From Kofleriaceae bacterium (GTDB taxonomy: Bacteria; Myxococcota_A; Polyangia; Haliangiales; Haliangiaceae), in assembly GCA_046597055.1 (NCBI GenBank), contig JBKJLC010000150.1:1-42305 (forward strand): 42,305 nucleotides of DNA, read 5' to 3'. The translations under genes were made by a program, and so were the position numbers. Position 1 is the first letter of the stretch. Every line of letters begins with the position of its first letter. Shown piece by piece: positions 41,464 through 42,305 of this stretch. The notes under the pieces are model-generated. The model made no database searches, had not been told where the DNA came from, and saw only the letters and a program-made list of their open reading frames with translations.

Positions 41464-41704
41464 GTTGACTCTCTGTCCTGAGCGAAGCCGGGGTCGGCTC
41501 CGGCGAAGGGGGGCATCCTAGTCGCCGCCCCCTGGTGTCGCAAGCCGCTTGCATCGGTCATGACGCGCGTGCTACTTCCAGCCGGCTCGCCGGGCTACCC
41601 GGGCGACATCCCTGTCAATTTCGTACCCATCGCGGAGCCCCCCGAGGCGCCGCCTGCGTTCAGCGAGACACTCCAAATGATCCGCGCGCACCTCGATCTC
41701 ATGA

Positions 41705-42305
<601 letters not shown>

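Overview
Very GC-rich bacterial chromosomal DNA. The gene content (many lipoproteins with Pro/Ala/Asp linkers, a giant TPR protein, ppiD divergent from mreB) points to Myxococcota, possibly Haliangiales/Kofleriaceae; this is inference. Left part (1-21.7 kb) is largely accessory: secreted or lipoprotein genes (DUF2541-like, PcRGLX/YetA-like, a CXXCH lipoprotein, esterase, L,D-transpeptidase, Cu-monooxygenase-like, Cys-rich, PQQ sugar dehydrogenase), SprT/DUF2786, DoxX, a saccharopine-dehydrogenase-like reductase and an isocitrate dehydrogenase. It also holds a co-oriented cluster of an Asn-Gln heptad/decad coiled-coil protein, a degenerate cNMP-binding protein and a transporter-HEAT-cNMP fusion. 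Right part: clpB-dnaJ-like-lon, hemerythrin plus a soluble histidine kinase, gene debris, an orphan TatT, a ~2500-aa TPR protein, ppiD and the start of mreB. Best leads: (1) a ~115-bp structured repeat present twice, plus two stubs, always at or just after stop codons; (2) the NQ-coiled-coil/cNMP/transporter cluster; (3) a stand-alone MshEN-like protein; (4) a 7-1-7 Fur-like palindrome upstream of the CXXCH lipoprotein. I saw no CRISPR array, rRNA, tRNA, transposase or integrase. All family calls come from motif recognition by eye, not database searches.
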